Shown here: in pieces, positions 12,545 through 23,544 of the stretch | Position numbering within the stretch: position 1 is the stretch's first letter | How the letters are laid out: each line of letters opens with the position of its first letter | Assembly (NCBI GenBank): GCA_030167865.1 | Contig: JALAGF010000504.1 | Coordinates: 62,001-126,000 of the forward strand | Length of the DNA stretch: 64,000 bases | Direction: 5' to 3' | DNA from: Craspedostauros australis | Lineage: Eukaryota | Program-made: the position numbers and the translations under genes | The notes under the pieces: generated by a model | Told to the model about the DNA's origin: nothing | Seen by the model: the letters and a program-made list of their open reading frames with translations, nothing else | Database searches by the model: none

Positions 12545-15500
12545 CTATGCTACTTCCGCATGCTGAAGCGCCGTCAATACGTTGCCGTGACCATGCACCA
12601 GCAGAACATCCATGGCGTCTGCAACGAGGTTGGTTTCATCCTCCCAGGTCTCCCTCTGCATTACGTCTGCCATTGGTTGTGGTAGAGAGGCTTTGGCAAC
12701 TCTCAAGATGGTCTGCGCGACAGCAACGCTGCATTTGGATCGCTTCGATGTCAGCAGCGAGACGGCCTTGCGCAGCTTGTTCGTCGACTTTTCTGCCGGT
12801 GAGCACTGCTCGAGAACCCATTCCAGCAAAGAATGATCGCCCTTCTTGCACAGCTGGTATGATAGACGCGTGTACGCATCCAGAAGGTTGGATCGCAGGA
12901 CACCATTGAGCTTGCCCTCGTCGACGATGAGCGATCTGCCGAAATCGATGAGCGGCGCGACGAACCATTGGTACGGACCTTCCGACAGGTCGACAACGAG
13001 GAATTCCGCAAGCAGCAGACACATGGAGTACAAGACCACGCCAGCGATCTTCGACGACGAAGACAGAGGATGGGGTTCACCCTTGGTGTCTGCGCGTGTC
13101 GACTTGGCATCCGAATCGTACGAATTCTCCTTGTTGTGTCCCTCCTTTGCTTTGGCTTTCTTGCCAGCAACATTCCAATCACCGGCACTGTGGCCGGCGC
13201 AGGACTGCGCGGTTGGTGATGTCAAGATCACCAGCGATTCGGAGGCGTTGGATATGCGAGAGAGATCCAAGTTGCAGAGATCTGAATCCATCTTGTCGCA
13301 GTTCAGATGAGCGACGATGTTCTCAAGCGTCCATGTACAGAATGCCTTCAATTCGCTGTCGCTATCGCTGTCCCTGTTGGCAGCTGAATTGACCTGCATA
13401 CCAGTATTCGTATTTGCGTTTGCATTTGCGTCGATTTGAGCCGTGCCAGCGGTGTTGGTGATGGGCTTGTTTGGTGGCGACGTGTTGCTCATCATTCTGT
13501 GAAGGAGGAATCGGCCGCAGCATTCCCATGTGACAAGGAGTAGTTCGTTCTTGGAATGGCGACTCAAGTCCACGTCGAAGTCATCGAATGTGAGTAGGTT
13601 CTTCAACGACTTCATCGTCGTGTCGAGGCTATCCTTCAGTTGCTCCGATGCATCCGATGAAGCTAAGATATGGCGGCGAATCTCTTCACATATCGGATCC
13701 GAGGAGCCCAGGATGGTGTGGACCAGCTTCACCGCACCTCGACAAGGCATGCTTCGGAGCAGGGCGATGCTTGGATCGGACGAGCGACCTTCTTGCTTTC
13801 TTACCTTCTCGGCGTCGGGGTCATCCTCGTCAATTCCATCCATTCGCATGCCCCCATGCTCGGCAAGAGGAAGTCTCGGAGATTGCAGATCGATGCACAG
13901 ATCACCGTTCCACAGGTTCCCGATCGATTCCTTCAGTCCATCAACGACGTCATTGGTCTTGTCGGATTTGCAGAGCAGCAGCACGTACGGGAGCAGAACC
14001 GTCTGCGATGATCGTTCCAGGCTCGGAGCCACCTTCTTCGCCATTATGGTAGTAAACTGATCGCTACCTTGTATTGGAAGTTCTGTCAGGCACGCAATCA
14101 AGAACGAACAGACTTGGAGGCATTCTGTCTTGCTCTTGGCGTCGTTGCTGTTACCTTTCGCACCCTTCTTTCTCTTCGACTTCTGCAAGGTGTCGGCCTC
14201 GTCGTAGAAGTAGGTGAATATTCCAGACCAGGTATCAATGTTGAAGGTGTCGATGAGCCTTGCCGTGTCGTCGTCCACGCCGTCCCCAGTATTGTCGCGA
14301 CTGCTTGAGCCCTTTCTGATGGACTCCAACAGCCTGTGAAGGACCTCGGAAATCGTTGCCATTAGTGTCGTGTTGGACGCAGAGAGCGCGCCTTCAGTTT
14401 TCCCATCGTTGGAGGTATCCATCTCATCTTGTGTCGTGCGTGAGCGTGAGCGTTTGTTGGACCGCTGCGATGATACATCCAGTTCACGTTGCTGGACCTC
14501 CATTTGCACCGACGACTCAAGGCACTTGAAGAGCATCATGGCCAACTTCAGGATTGCCGATTCCGACAAATGCTCTGCGATGTTGGCAAAGAACACAGTG
14601 GCGGACTTTGGTGTGCTCGCCATGAAGGTGAGCGCACGTTTGAGCTGGTCGGTAGCGCTGACTCGTGATCCTTGCGGGAAGTAGGACTTGAGCAGCAAGG
14701 AGGATAGAGCAGATGCAACCGGATTGCGAAGCGCATGCTGTAATCTCTCTTCCTCGCTCAGGCGAATGACGAGCTGATCGACGGGCACGACGTGGTAGAA
14801 CTTGATGGACTTGACGGTCTTCAGACGGCACAGCAGGTGCACAACGGCCAATCGCACGCTTTGCGAAGTGTCGTGGATCAAGTTGCCCACGCATGGCAGC
14901 AGCGGTCGCAGGACAGCCTTGGATTCTGGGATGTCCAGGAGCATTTGCACGGTAGTCACTGCTGCTCGTCGAACAGCTGCAGACTTCTTGTCGGATGAAT
15001 GCTTGATGATGACCACTGCAGAACGCGATGTGTTATCATTGCAAGTCGTACAATGCAATGCATTGGAGGAAGAGTGCCAACGGCACGGTGGAAACATCAG
15101 TGTCAGAACTGGTGATGCCATGTCATGTTGGCACATGTCTTGGCGCATGTCTTGGCATCGCAAAAACAAAGACAAATCCAAACACACATCGTGCATACGG
15201 GTAGGCAATGAGCAAATAGACACTTACCATTGAGAAGTTCGCGGATATCGCTCGCTGGGAGCGCTGCCCAGAAGACGGTGCAGATCGTGCCGGTGGTAGC
15301 AGAGGCAGCAACTCTCACCCGTGGGTCAGCATCGAGCAATGCCACCTTCAGTGCCTCGGTGCATTTGGAAACGGCATCCACCGTGCGCGAGTTCTCAGGA
15401 TCTTGCAATGGGAAGACGCATGCCAGCACCCTCAACGTGTTGATGCGCACGCGATGGTTCGCAGCGGACAGGCTCCTCCACATGATCGGCGAGTACAGAC

Positions 15501-16788
15501 GGTAGAGCAGGCCTTGCACATTGTTCGCCTTCTTCGATTCGTGAATTGGTCCAAGGAGTGTCATCAGCCGCTGAAATGATGCATCAGACCCAACGTGGAT
15601 GGCTGTGTGTACAAGGTCCTGCAGAACTTCGATTTCCAGGGCGTTCCTCTGCTCCTCCGTCTCCATATTGAGCGCCTCCTTCCATGCTCTAAAGTACACT
15701 TCACCGTACACTGCCAAGATTTTCTTGTTGGCCTCCGGCAGCTGACCGCAGATGGCCGAGTGCAAGTCCTGCATTAGAACCGAATCGAGCAACAAGATCG
15801 ATAGGAACTGTTTACCCTCAGGTGATTTGAGGCAAAGTGGATTCGAGACCATGCGGAGCAGCAATCCGCGCAAGGAATCGCTGTCAGGGTCGCTGAAGTC
15901 CACGACGTGGAATGCCTCCCTGAGCTGGAAGAGACGTTTGGCCTGGCTCTTCTTGGATGCTTCGCTCTCCAGCGATTGGTGCACCAGCAATGGCAGGCAT
16001 TGCACGATCAAGGTTTCTCGTTCGTGACCGCCTGCGTGCCACCAGGCCTCGCAGAGCGAAAGGACCGCGTCCCGCGCTTGCGTTGCGGGGTCACCACAGT
16101 TGGAGAGGTGGAGCAGGACGTCATGCAGCTCCACCGCGACGAGATATGCTTCCGTCACCATGCCGACGACACTGCTTGTGCTGTTACCCTTCCCTGAAGA
16201 CGCGGCATTCTGCGATGCTTCCCACTTGGCATTGAGATACGTCTCAACGCAGACGGCCACAATTTGGATGAACCGCAAGGCCTCCAATGTCTTCATTTCT
16301 TCTGCTCTATCTGTGGCAGTACTCTTGGTGGTGATGCTGTTGCTGCTGGTGCTCCTGTTATTGCTTCCGTTCTGCTTGTTTTGGGCGGTTGATGAAGCAT
16401 TGCTGAGGCCGCCCTGATCGTGGTCCATTCCCTCATCATCGTCGTCATCGTCGTCATCGTCATCTTCCAAGATGTAGTCCTCCTCGAAGAGGACGCACGT
16501 CAAGATGCCCTTGACGGCATCGAAGAAGCGCCGTGCCTGTGACTTGCTAAAACCTTCAACGAGAGAGAGGCAGGATGCCTTCTTCAACGTGCTGCTGTTG
16601 CCCTGAGCCGTTGCAAACAGCTCGACCAACGGCTTGACGGAGTACGGTGTGCCGTCGGCTGTGTAACTGGCTCGCTTGCCGTGGGTCTCCACCGCGGCAA
16701 AGAGCATCTGAGTCGTGATGACGTCCATGTCATCATCATTATTGTCATCTTGCACAACACTGGTGCTCTGCTTGTTTCGTCTCTTCAT
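12545..16788 (-). CDS. NCAPG2: Condensin II complex subunit CAP-G2; 2 exons
   Basis: Exons 16788-15228 and 15015-12545 join as ELLN-VVIIKHSSDKK. LYRLYSPIMWRSLSAANHRVRINTLRVLACVFPLQDP and LIHDTSQSVRLAVVHLLCRLKTVKSIKFYHVVP match remembered NCAPG2 HEAT-repeat blocks. Confidence 0.88.
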
Positions 16789-16793
16789 CGTCC

Positions 16794-16815
16794 TGTTGCT
16801 GATGTTGCCGTTGCC

Positions 16816-16849
<34 letters not shown>

Positions 16850-16880
16850 TTATTGCTGTTGCTGTTGTTGTTGCTGTTGG
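16794..16880. repeat. (GTTGCT)n low-complexity repeat in the CAP-G2 5' leader
   Basis: Read directly from the sequence. Confidence 0.8.
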
Positions 16881-17572
16881 TGTGGTTGTTGTTTCGGATT
16901 ATGGCGTGGAAGCTACCACTGGCGTGTGCGCTATGATTGTCGCCCTGCGCTACAACTCAAGCTGATGAATTGGCAATCCAATGCAATGGGCGATCTGAAG
17001 AACTTTGGGTTGTTGCATCAGCCTTTGAAGTCTTCGCGGAGAGTAGTGGCAAGTGCTGATGTGATGCGATTGCATCCAAGGCTGGAGTAGCCCACCATGC
17101 CAGCACGAACAGAGACAAGAGGCAAGGAACGATCCCACGAAGACAACAGTTTGAAACTTCCGAAAAACATGTTTTGTGAGCGCGAGAGGATGTCAATGAT
17201 CTGTTTCGATTTGTTTAGCCCGATTTGAATTTTGCATTCGTGAAATGGTCACGTTAGTCAAACATCAAGAACACATGATGACGTCATGTGATCAGTCCAG
17301 CGGAAGAATCGTGAATGACGTTGTTGGTGTTTCTCTCATTTTGACTTTTGGATTTTGGTGTTGTTTGGATGCATTTTGGATCGTTGTTGCAGACGAAGAT
17401 CGCGGATGTGGCTTGTTGTGCGGCTGATGTCCTGGCATCGGCAACCACACCTGTACTCGTGCATACGAACGAATAATAGCAAACAGGTATCCATTCATAC
17501 AACTCCAAAGGAAAGGAGAACGTCTTGGTTCGAAGAGCAACAGTAGGAGAAGCAGAAGCAGCAGCAACAGCG

Positions 17573-18208
17573 ATGATGAAAACAGCAATAAGGCTCGTGT
17601 GCGTCGTGTCCACCCTGCAGGCGGTGGCAGAGGCATTCGCACCACCGCAGTTGTCGCAGCACAATGTGCAACAGATGACTGCGATGCACGCAACACCACC
17701 GCAGGACAACGATGCGGAAAGATCAGACGTCCGATCGTCCCGCCGCCAATTCTTCCAGCAGTCGGCAGCCACCATGATGCTGACAACGATGACTGCCATG
17801 TCCGCTCCTCAGATTGCGAACGCCATCCCGATGGTCACAACGGATGAATTCAGCATCATCTTGAGAGATTCTCCGCTTTCCATTGAGCTGGTCGAATTCA
17901 CCGGACCCAAGAGCGAGACTGTCACGGTGCGTTTGGTGGATGGTACCGTCTTTGGTCTCAAGGACGTCATCGAATCCTCCTCGGATCCGCGCTCGCCCCT
18001 CAAGGTTGCTGCGGCATGTCGTGAGAATGGGGTCAAGTTCAAGTTCTCCTCGATGGAGGCTGCCTTGGCGTCGGTCCCGCGCAAGAAGACGCTCTACACC
18101 AACCAGAGAGTTCAGGACGCAGCCGAGAAGGAACGTGAAAAGGCGGAGCGCATTCGTCGTGATGAGGAGGACCGGTTGATGCAGCTACGTAAGATGAATG
18201 AAGAATAA
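17573..18208 (+). CDS. Plastid thylakoid-lumen (Tat-pathway) protein, mature part resembling the FtsH lumenal domain
   Basis: Signal peptide MMKTAIRLVCVVSTLQAVAEA-FAP (ASAFAP type), then a transit peptide, twin-arginine SRRQFF, a hydrophobic stretch and an ANA cleavage site. The C-terminus is a charged coiled coil. Confidence 0.8.
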   Translation: MMKTAIRLVCVVSTLQAVAEAFAPPQLSQHNVQQMTAMHATPPQDNDAERSDVRSSRRQFFQQSAATMMLTTMTAMSAPQIANAIPMVTTDEFSIILRDSPLSIELVEFTGPKSETVTVRLVDGTVFGLKDVIESSSDPRSPLKVAAACRENGVKFKFSSMEAALASVPRKKTLYTNQRVQDAAEKEREKAERIRRDEEDRLMQLRKMNEE

Positions 18209-18637
18209 ACGCCACCTGCGATTGCGGGTACGGCACTATGGTATGAGAACATTGAGAGCCTTGAGACACCATTCAGAGAGTGTGGCAATGCCTCAGACAT
18301 GCTTCCAAGTATCGCTGCAACTAATCACAGGTCGTGCGATTGCACCGCTATCCATCGCATCGGAGAAGTCAGGACAAACTCACTTTCAATCGTCATGGCA
18401 ATAGTCCCATCATGTTGCTATGTTGGTCTTCTCATTCACTATCATACTATTATGTACACCATGCGCACATCGAATATTATGCAGTCTCAATAGAGTAGAG
18501 AACTATTCAGATTCATCCTAGTGGAGTATTCAATCATATCTACAATGGCATCAGATGCCACACGTTGATTCGATGCCCCCTCACTGGGCCGTACTCGCAC
18601 GAGTCTGATTCGTGTCCGTCCATGTCGGATTCATTTC

Positions 18638-19597
18638 CTATGCTTCGAACTTCTCCCATTCAGAGTCGTCAATGTTATTGCCGTCGCTGGTGCTATCGCC
18701 ATCCATGGTGGTGGTCACATCAACAACATCACAGTCGCCAACTTCTTCGTTCACATCCTCCACTTCGACCTTGATTGCATCACTGTGCTTCTGCCCGTCA
18801 TGGTCGTTCGCCGTCACCTCCTGAGGCTGTCCCGCTTGCGCCTCTCTTGATGTTTTGGCTTCGGAGAGATTCAAGGCACCACCTGTGGCACTGCTCGAGG
18901 AACCATCGCGAACTCGGATGACACGACGACCGCCATCTTTACCCAGATCTTTCTTTGACAGCGTGATGGTCAACAGTCCATCCAGCAGCTCGGCGTCCAC
19001 CTTCTCCAAGTCAAGTCGCGAATCACGCAGGCGGAATCTCTTTTCGAATGTTGCAGAGAACGCACGGTTGTCTCGCTTTCCTTTGATCTCCAGCACCAAG
19101 GCATCCACATGATCATCCGGCTTCAACGTGATGTCGATGTTGTTCAAATGGTATCCAGGGACATCAAGGGCGATGGTGAAGTTGCGATCACTGTCGCTGT
19201 CGCCATCGATGATCTTGATGGATGGGATGTCGATCTTGGATGTAGATGTGGATGTTTTGCTGCTGTTGCTGTTGCTGTTACTGTTGCTGGTGGTAGCCGT
19301 GGTAGCTACGGCGGCGGCAGTGGTGGGTGTTTCCTTCGGTGTTGGTGCCTGGCATGGCTCAGTGGCACGCTCATCTGCACTCATGGTGTGCAACGCAACA
19401 AGGAAAGGATGCGGCATGCCGCAGCCCTTCATGTCGGCGTTTCTGCCAAAAGCGTGTTGGCGATTGCGGAACTGACGACGGTGATGACGATGACGGTGGC
19501 GCATGGATGGGGAGGGGAATGGTCGAGCTCCCATCATGGAAGGCGAGTGTGGGTGGAGGAAGGGATGGGATGGATGTTGTTGCATCACGAACATCAT
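18638..19597 (-). CDS. Small heat-shock protein (HSP20/alpha-crystallin domain)
   Basis: FTIALDVPGYHLNNIDITL...LEIKGKR...FEKRFRLRDSRLDLEKVDAELLDGLLTITLSK followed by the IXI-like motif VIRV. Long His/Pro-rich N-terminus and acidic tail. Confidence 0.88.
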   Translation of the reverse strand: MMFVMQQHPSHPFLHPHSPSMMGARPFPSPSMRHRHRHHRRQFRNRQHAFGRNADMKGCGMPHPFLVALHTMSADERATEPCQAPTPKETPTTAAAVATTATTSNSNSNSNSSKTSTSTSKIDIPSIKIIDGDSDSDRNFTIALDVPGYHLNNIDITLKPDDHVDALVLEIKGKRDNRAFSATFEKRFRLRDSRLDLEKVDAELLDGLLTITLSKKDLGKDGGRRVIRVRDGSSSSATGGALNLSEAKTSREAQAGQPQEVTANDHDGQKHSDAIKVEVEDVNEEVGDCDVVDVTTTMDGDSTSDGNNIDDSEWEKFEA

Positions 19598-20249
19598 GGC
19601 TGCTGCTTGTTTTCTGTTTCTGTTTCTGCTTGCGTGTATGTTTGCGTTTGCGTTTGCGATTATTGCTTTTTGTTTGTTGTTGTGCTTCTGGTTGTGACTA
19701 TTGCTTGAATTTTTAATTGTGAGAGGAAGGAAGGGTTGACGATTCCATCTTTACTTGTGCGTTGCTTTGTTAGTGTGTTAGTGTGTTGGTGCGCTGTGTG
19801 CTGTGCACCAACAAGGCAACAAGAAACGAAACACATGCTACCAAAAAGTGAGTTTGAGAGTTGTGTGAAACATGCGCCACTTCTTCTTTTCGCATCGATC
19901 ACGATCCAAAGAAGAGAATGGAAGAGTTTCGATGTTGCCATAGATGACTCAATCGACTTTCGCAACAGATTTTCAACGTACTTACTTAGACTCTATGTCA
20001 CATTGCTTTCCATGATTCTGAATCCACCAACGGAATCAACGGAGGTGGCATCAAGTCTCGTCATCAAAGCAGAACCGTTCGCTTTCTCACCCGCTGCACA
20101 CCTCGCGCCATTCCAGGCACCTCGATGCGCACAACAAGGGCACAAACCAATCAAAGAATTGGAATGTCCCCTGCCACACCACCACACTCGCAGCTCGTAC
20201 GACCCAGTGTATAGTATGTACAAGAAGCACCCCAAGCACCCCTTGGATC

Positions 20250-21689
20250 ATGGGCTTCGACAGCTACTGCATCAGCGGCGCCACGGGATACGGCATCATG
20301 GTGCCCAACAAGCACATCAAGGAGTTGCGACAACCAGGATCATCCAATACGCAGACACAGCACATGGATGAGCTGGACGGCGGCACCTTCCGATGGCTCT
20401 TCGAGTCCTTTCCTGATCATCGACTCTATGCCATTCACGATGCCTTCGTCTTTCTCGCCAAGGAGGAGATGACCCTCACACCCACCGACGAGGTCTGCTG
20501 TCCCAACGACATGGAAAGCGAGAACTTTCATCGGTTCCGATGCAACATTCAGACTCGCAGCAATCATCGCGACGAGCTGGATGCGGACCTCGTCAGAATC
20601 GCAAGAAGTCTCACGCCAGCCACAGTGCGCAAGCTGCGCTTTCCTCCTGGAAGCTACAGCTTCCTGTCGTTGTTGGGAGATGACACAATCCAGAAGATCG
20701 AGCCGACGAATTCGAAATTTGGTTGGTCCGCCGCGACCGTCGTGATGCCGCTCGCAGTGTCGTCCGGCAAGCCTGCTGCGGGTGACGCAGGCGCAGAGAG
20801 CGATGGTGATCTGTGGTTTCATCGCGACTGTCATCATCTCCTGGATGTCAAGTTGGCGTTCGTTGATGGCGGCGGTTCTTTCGAGCATCCATCGCTGCGC
20901 TCGAACAGGAGCCTGCTCTCAGCGCGCCTTCCCAAGTTCGATGAATTCATTGCGGCGCATGGACAAGTCAGGACGAGTCAGGACGGCATTGCGGAAGTGG
21001 TTATCCCGTCAAGCATTCTGGATCCGGCCGCTGTTCAGGCCGTGCTGGAATACTTCACCACGCGCAAGCCGGATGCCGCATTGCCGGACCGATGGATCCA
21101 ACCAAAGGCATACGGTTCCGTCATGCGTGCCATGGCTGAGTTCGGCATCCCGAGCCCACATCCTGGTGCTCCCAAGGCCATTGCAGGAGTGGGCGCGCAC
21201 AGCACATTAACGGCGCAACCCCCCGATGAAACCGTCACGTTCGTCACCAATCCGGATGAAGTGCATGCATCCCGGGTCATTTTGGGACTCATGAATCCGA
21301 TCCTACATCGAATTCTGTATCCTACCAGAAACGTCAGGAACAACACTAACGACGACAACGAGGACGACCGCCGAAATGACGATCTGCCGCAACGGATCGA
21401 CTGGCAACACTACGCGACTCAAGCTGTCCGCTGCGTCCTCTCGGCACTGCTGCTGGGCCGCGCCAATCAAGCCAGCACCGTCGTTCCGTTGGAGTGGATT
21501 GATTCTGCCAAAGAACTGCTGAACTTCTTGAACGAAACTAAGGAATCATTGGACTTGGAGTTCGAAACATTCTACGAAGAGCAATACCGCAGCGGCTTCG
21601 CCATGACTCTAGACTACAGCGAAAATGCCGGTACCTGCGATTTCAAAAGCATTCATGATGACGAGGAAGACCGCAACAATGCAGGCTGA
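20250..21689 (+). CDS. Uncharacterised protein with two degenerate BTB/POZ-like domains
   Basis: 479-aa intronless ORF. DVKLAFVDGG..LRSNRSLLSARLPKF...DPAAVQAVLEYF and VTFVTNPDEVHASRVILGLMNPILHRILY...TQAVRCVLSAL both resemble the BTB pattern DV.F......AHR.IL...S..F. Confidence 0.6.
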   Translation: MGFDSYCISGATGYGIMVPNKHIKELRQPGSSNTQTQHMDELDGGTFRWLFESFPDHRLYAIHDAFVFLAKEEMTLTPTDEVCCPNDMESENFHRFRCNIQTRSNHRDELDADLVRIARSLTPATVRKLRFPPGSYSFLSLLGDDTIQKIEPTNSKFGWSAATVVMPLAVSSGKPAAGDAGAESDGDLWFHRDCHHLLDVKLAFVDGGGSFEHPSLRSNRSLLSARLPKFDEFIAAHGQVRTSQDGIAEVVIPSSILDPAAVQAVLEYFTTRKPDAALPDRWIQPKAYGSVMRAMAEFGIPSPHPGAPKAIAGVGAHSTLTAQPPDETVTFVTNPDEVHASRVILGLMNPILHRILYPTRNVRNNTNDDNEDDRRNDDLPQRIDWQHYATQAVRCVLSALLLGRANQASTVVPLEWIDSAKELLNFLNETKESLDLEFETFYEEQYRSGFAMTLDYSENAGTCDFKSIHDDEEDRNNAG

Positions 21690-22356
21690 TGGATCGGATT
21701 CGTGCTCGCCGCGTCCATCACGAGTACGAGTAAGCGTACACCAGTTGTCACTTGCACTTCAAAGCCCACCCAGTGTTGAATGCGGCCAAGCCTCTCTCAG
21801 CGAATTATGGAAGCCCCATTGCTCGAATAGAAGGATACTTGCCCAGGCGTTGGTGAAATATCTGGGTGAGAGTCAAGAGGCATTGGAGCCGGTCGGTGAT
21901 TCGCGACACGAAAGTGATCATGAGCAAGTCTTCAGTAGCGGATTCCAACAAGCGATAGGAACCTGATCAAACGGAGATAGCTGAATGGCATGATCTAGTA
22001 GTACAGTTGTACCAGTACGTCTGGTACATGAGGTTGCGTTCAATGAGACGAGGAGGCACTTGCGCCTGTGCCTGTGATACGAGTAGTACTGTGCAGGTGT
22101 GGTACATTGGAATCATAGCTCGTCTTTGTGCGTTTCGTTTTTAAAGGATCGCCAGAACGAGTGCGAGATGTTCCATCTCCCATCCCGTGATGGCATACGG
22201 CGGATGAGCACGGATAGCGAGACGCTACTCGTACTAACGTGTGCTTCTCTTGGTCCACATGGCAGTAGTCGTCTCCATACGATTATGCGCATGGTATATG
22301 TAATAGTGCACACATGCTCGATGAACGTTCACAGTGTTGTATATATGTCACAAAAA

Positions 22357-23544
22357 TCAGTTGGCTTTCTCCTTCGCCGCCTTCGGGTGCTCGAATGTGA
22401 CGTAAGGCGCGCCGAACCACTTGAACTTGGGCACGCCCCATCCTCTCTGCATGCCGTGCGCGGAGATGAGGAGCTGCGAGAGCAACCAGGCGAGCAGGCC
22501 GGAGAAGGTGTGCCACAGCGGATGCACCGCGCGGTTCCAAATCCAGGGCGCGATGGTGTCGCCCAGCATCATGTTCTGCGTGACGTCGACGCAGAACAGC
22601 ATCTCGGAGACCCAGGCGAGGACCGCGAATGTGCCGATGACGCCGGTGCAGACGGTGATGGGTATGAGGACGTTGACCATGAATAGATCGGCCCGTCTGG
22701 CGCCGCCCGGCGCGTTGTTCCAGTTGATGAAGGTGCAGATGGATATGACGCCGACGAGCGATATCCAGACGTAGGTGGAGAACATGATGTAGAAGGGCAG
22801 GAAGTTGTCCCTCGCAGAGCAGTAGATGACGGTGACGCTGATGGCCGAGATGGCGAGCGCGGATCTGAGGTTTGGCCGCTGCACGAGGAGGAACTTTCCC
22901 AGCATGCCCAGGCGATTGCCGCCCCTCGCGATGCCCTCGATGATGATGTCCAACGCGCAGTAGGACGACGCCGCTGCGAACCAGAGCATGGGTAGCTCGT
23001 CCCCACCCTGGGCCTTGGCCGTGAGCAGCGCATGCAGGAGCGTGGATCCCACTCCGATGGCCAGCAGGGTGGCGTAGAGCACGGCGAATCGGCGGGTCCC
23101 CGTGTGAACGCGCTTGGCCCACTCCTCACGCGCAGGTCCCAGCAGACCCAGCAAGGCCAGCGGTATGTAGCACGCCACGCTGGATGCCGTGTTGGCCGGT
23201 TCCGCAACATTGAGCGCATCTGCGAAGTCCTCCTCGCAGAAGTTGATGGAGGACGAGACGGGTTCCCTGGGTGCGTTCCTGTCCGCCTTGCCCGTGATGA
23301 CGATGGGCACGGTGAGCATGGCGGAGAGAAGGATCATGAGCGCCAGGGTCCCCACCGTCCCCAGGAACAGCCTCGTGGGCCACCTCTCCGGCTTGTAGCT
23401 GGGATCGACCGCCGCAATGCGCGCCCTGATCCGAGGCAGCGCAACGAATTGTGCGTACACGTTGAAGAGTCCGAACACGCCGACCAAGGCGCTCGTCACG
23501 TTGACGATCACCCTTCGGGTCTGTGCATCCAGGTTGTGCGGCAT
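22357..23544 (-). CDS. Alkaline ceramidase-like CREST-superfamily hydrolase
   Basis: SSINFCEEDF..NVAEPANTASS, IGVGSTLLHALL...GDELPM and HPLWHTFSG supply the SxxxH and HxxWH zinc ligands. Multiple transmembrane helices; intronless. Confidence 0.9.
   Translation of the reverse strand: MPHNLDAQTRRVIVNVTSALVGVFGLFNVYAQFVALPRIRARIAAVDPSYKPERWPTRLFLGTVGTLALMILLSAMLTVPIVITGKADRNAPREPVSSSINFCEEDFADALNVAEPANTASSVACYIPLALLGLLGPAREEWAKRVHTGTRRFAVLYATLLAIGVGSTLLHALLTAKAQGGDELPMLWFAAASSYCALDIIIEGIARGGNRLGMLGKFLLVQRPNLRSALAISAISVTVIYCSARDNFLPFYIMFSTYVWISLVGVISICTFINWNNAPGGARRADLFMVNVLIPITVCTGVIGTFAVLAWVSEMLFCVDVTQNMMLGDTIAPWIWNRAVHPLWHTFSGLLAWLLSQLLISAHGMQRGWGVPKFKWFGAPYVTFEHPKAAKEKAN

Noticed and set aside
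19600-20250. Heat-shock elements upstream of the sHSP
   Set aside because: GAA and TTC triplets are present, but I found no correctly spaced nGAAnnTTCnnGAAn array.
22009-22029. Hairpin TGTACCAG-tacgt-CTGGTACA between convergent genes
   Set aside because: An 8-bp stem can arise by chance, and Rho-independent terminators do not apply to nuclear Pol II genes.
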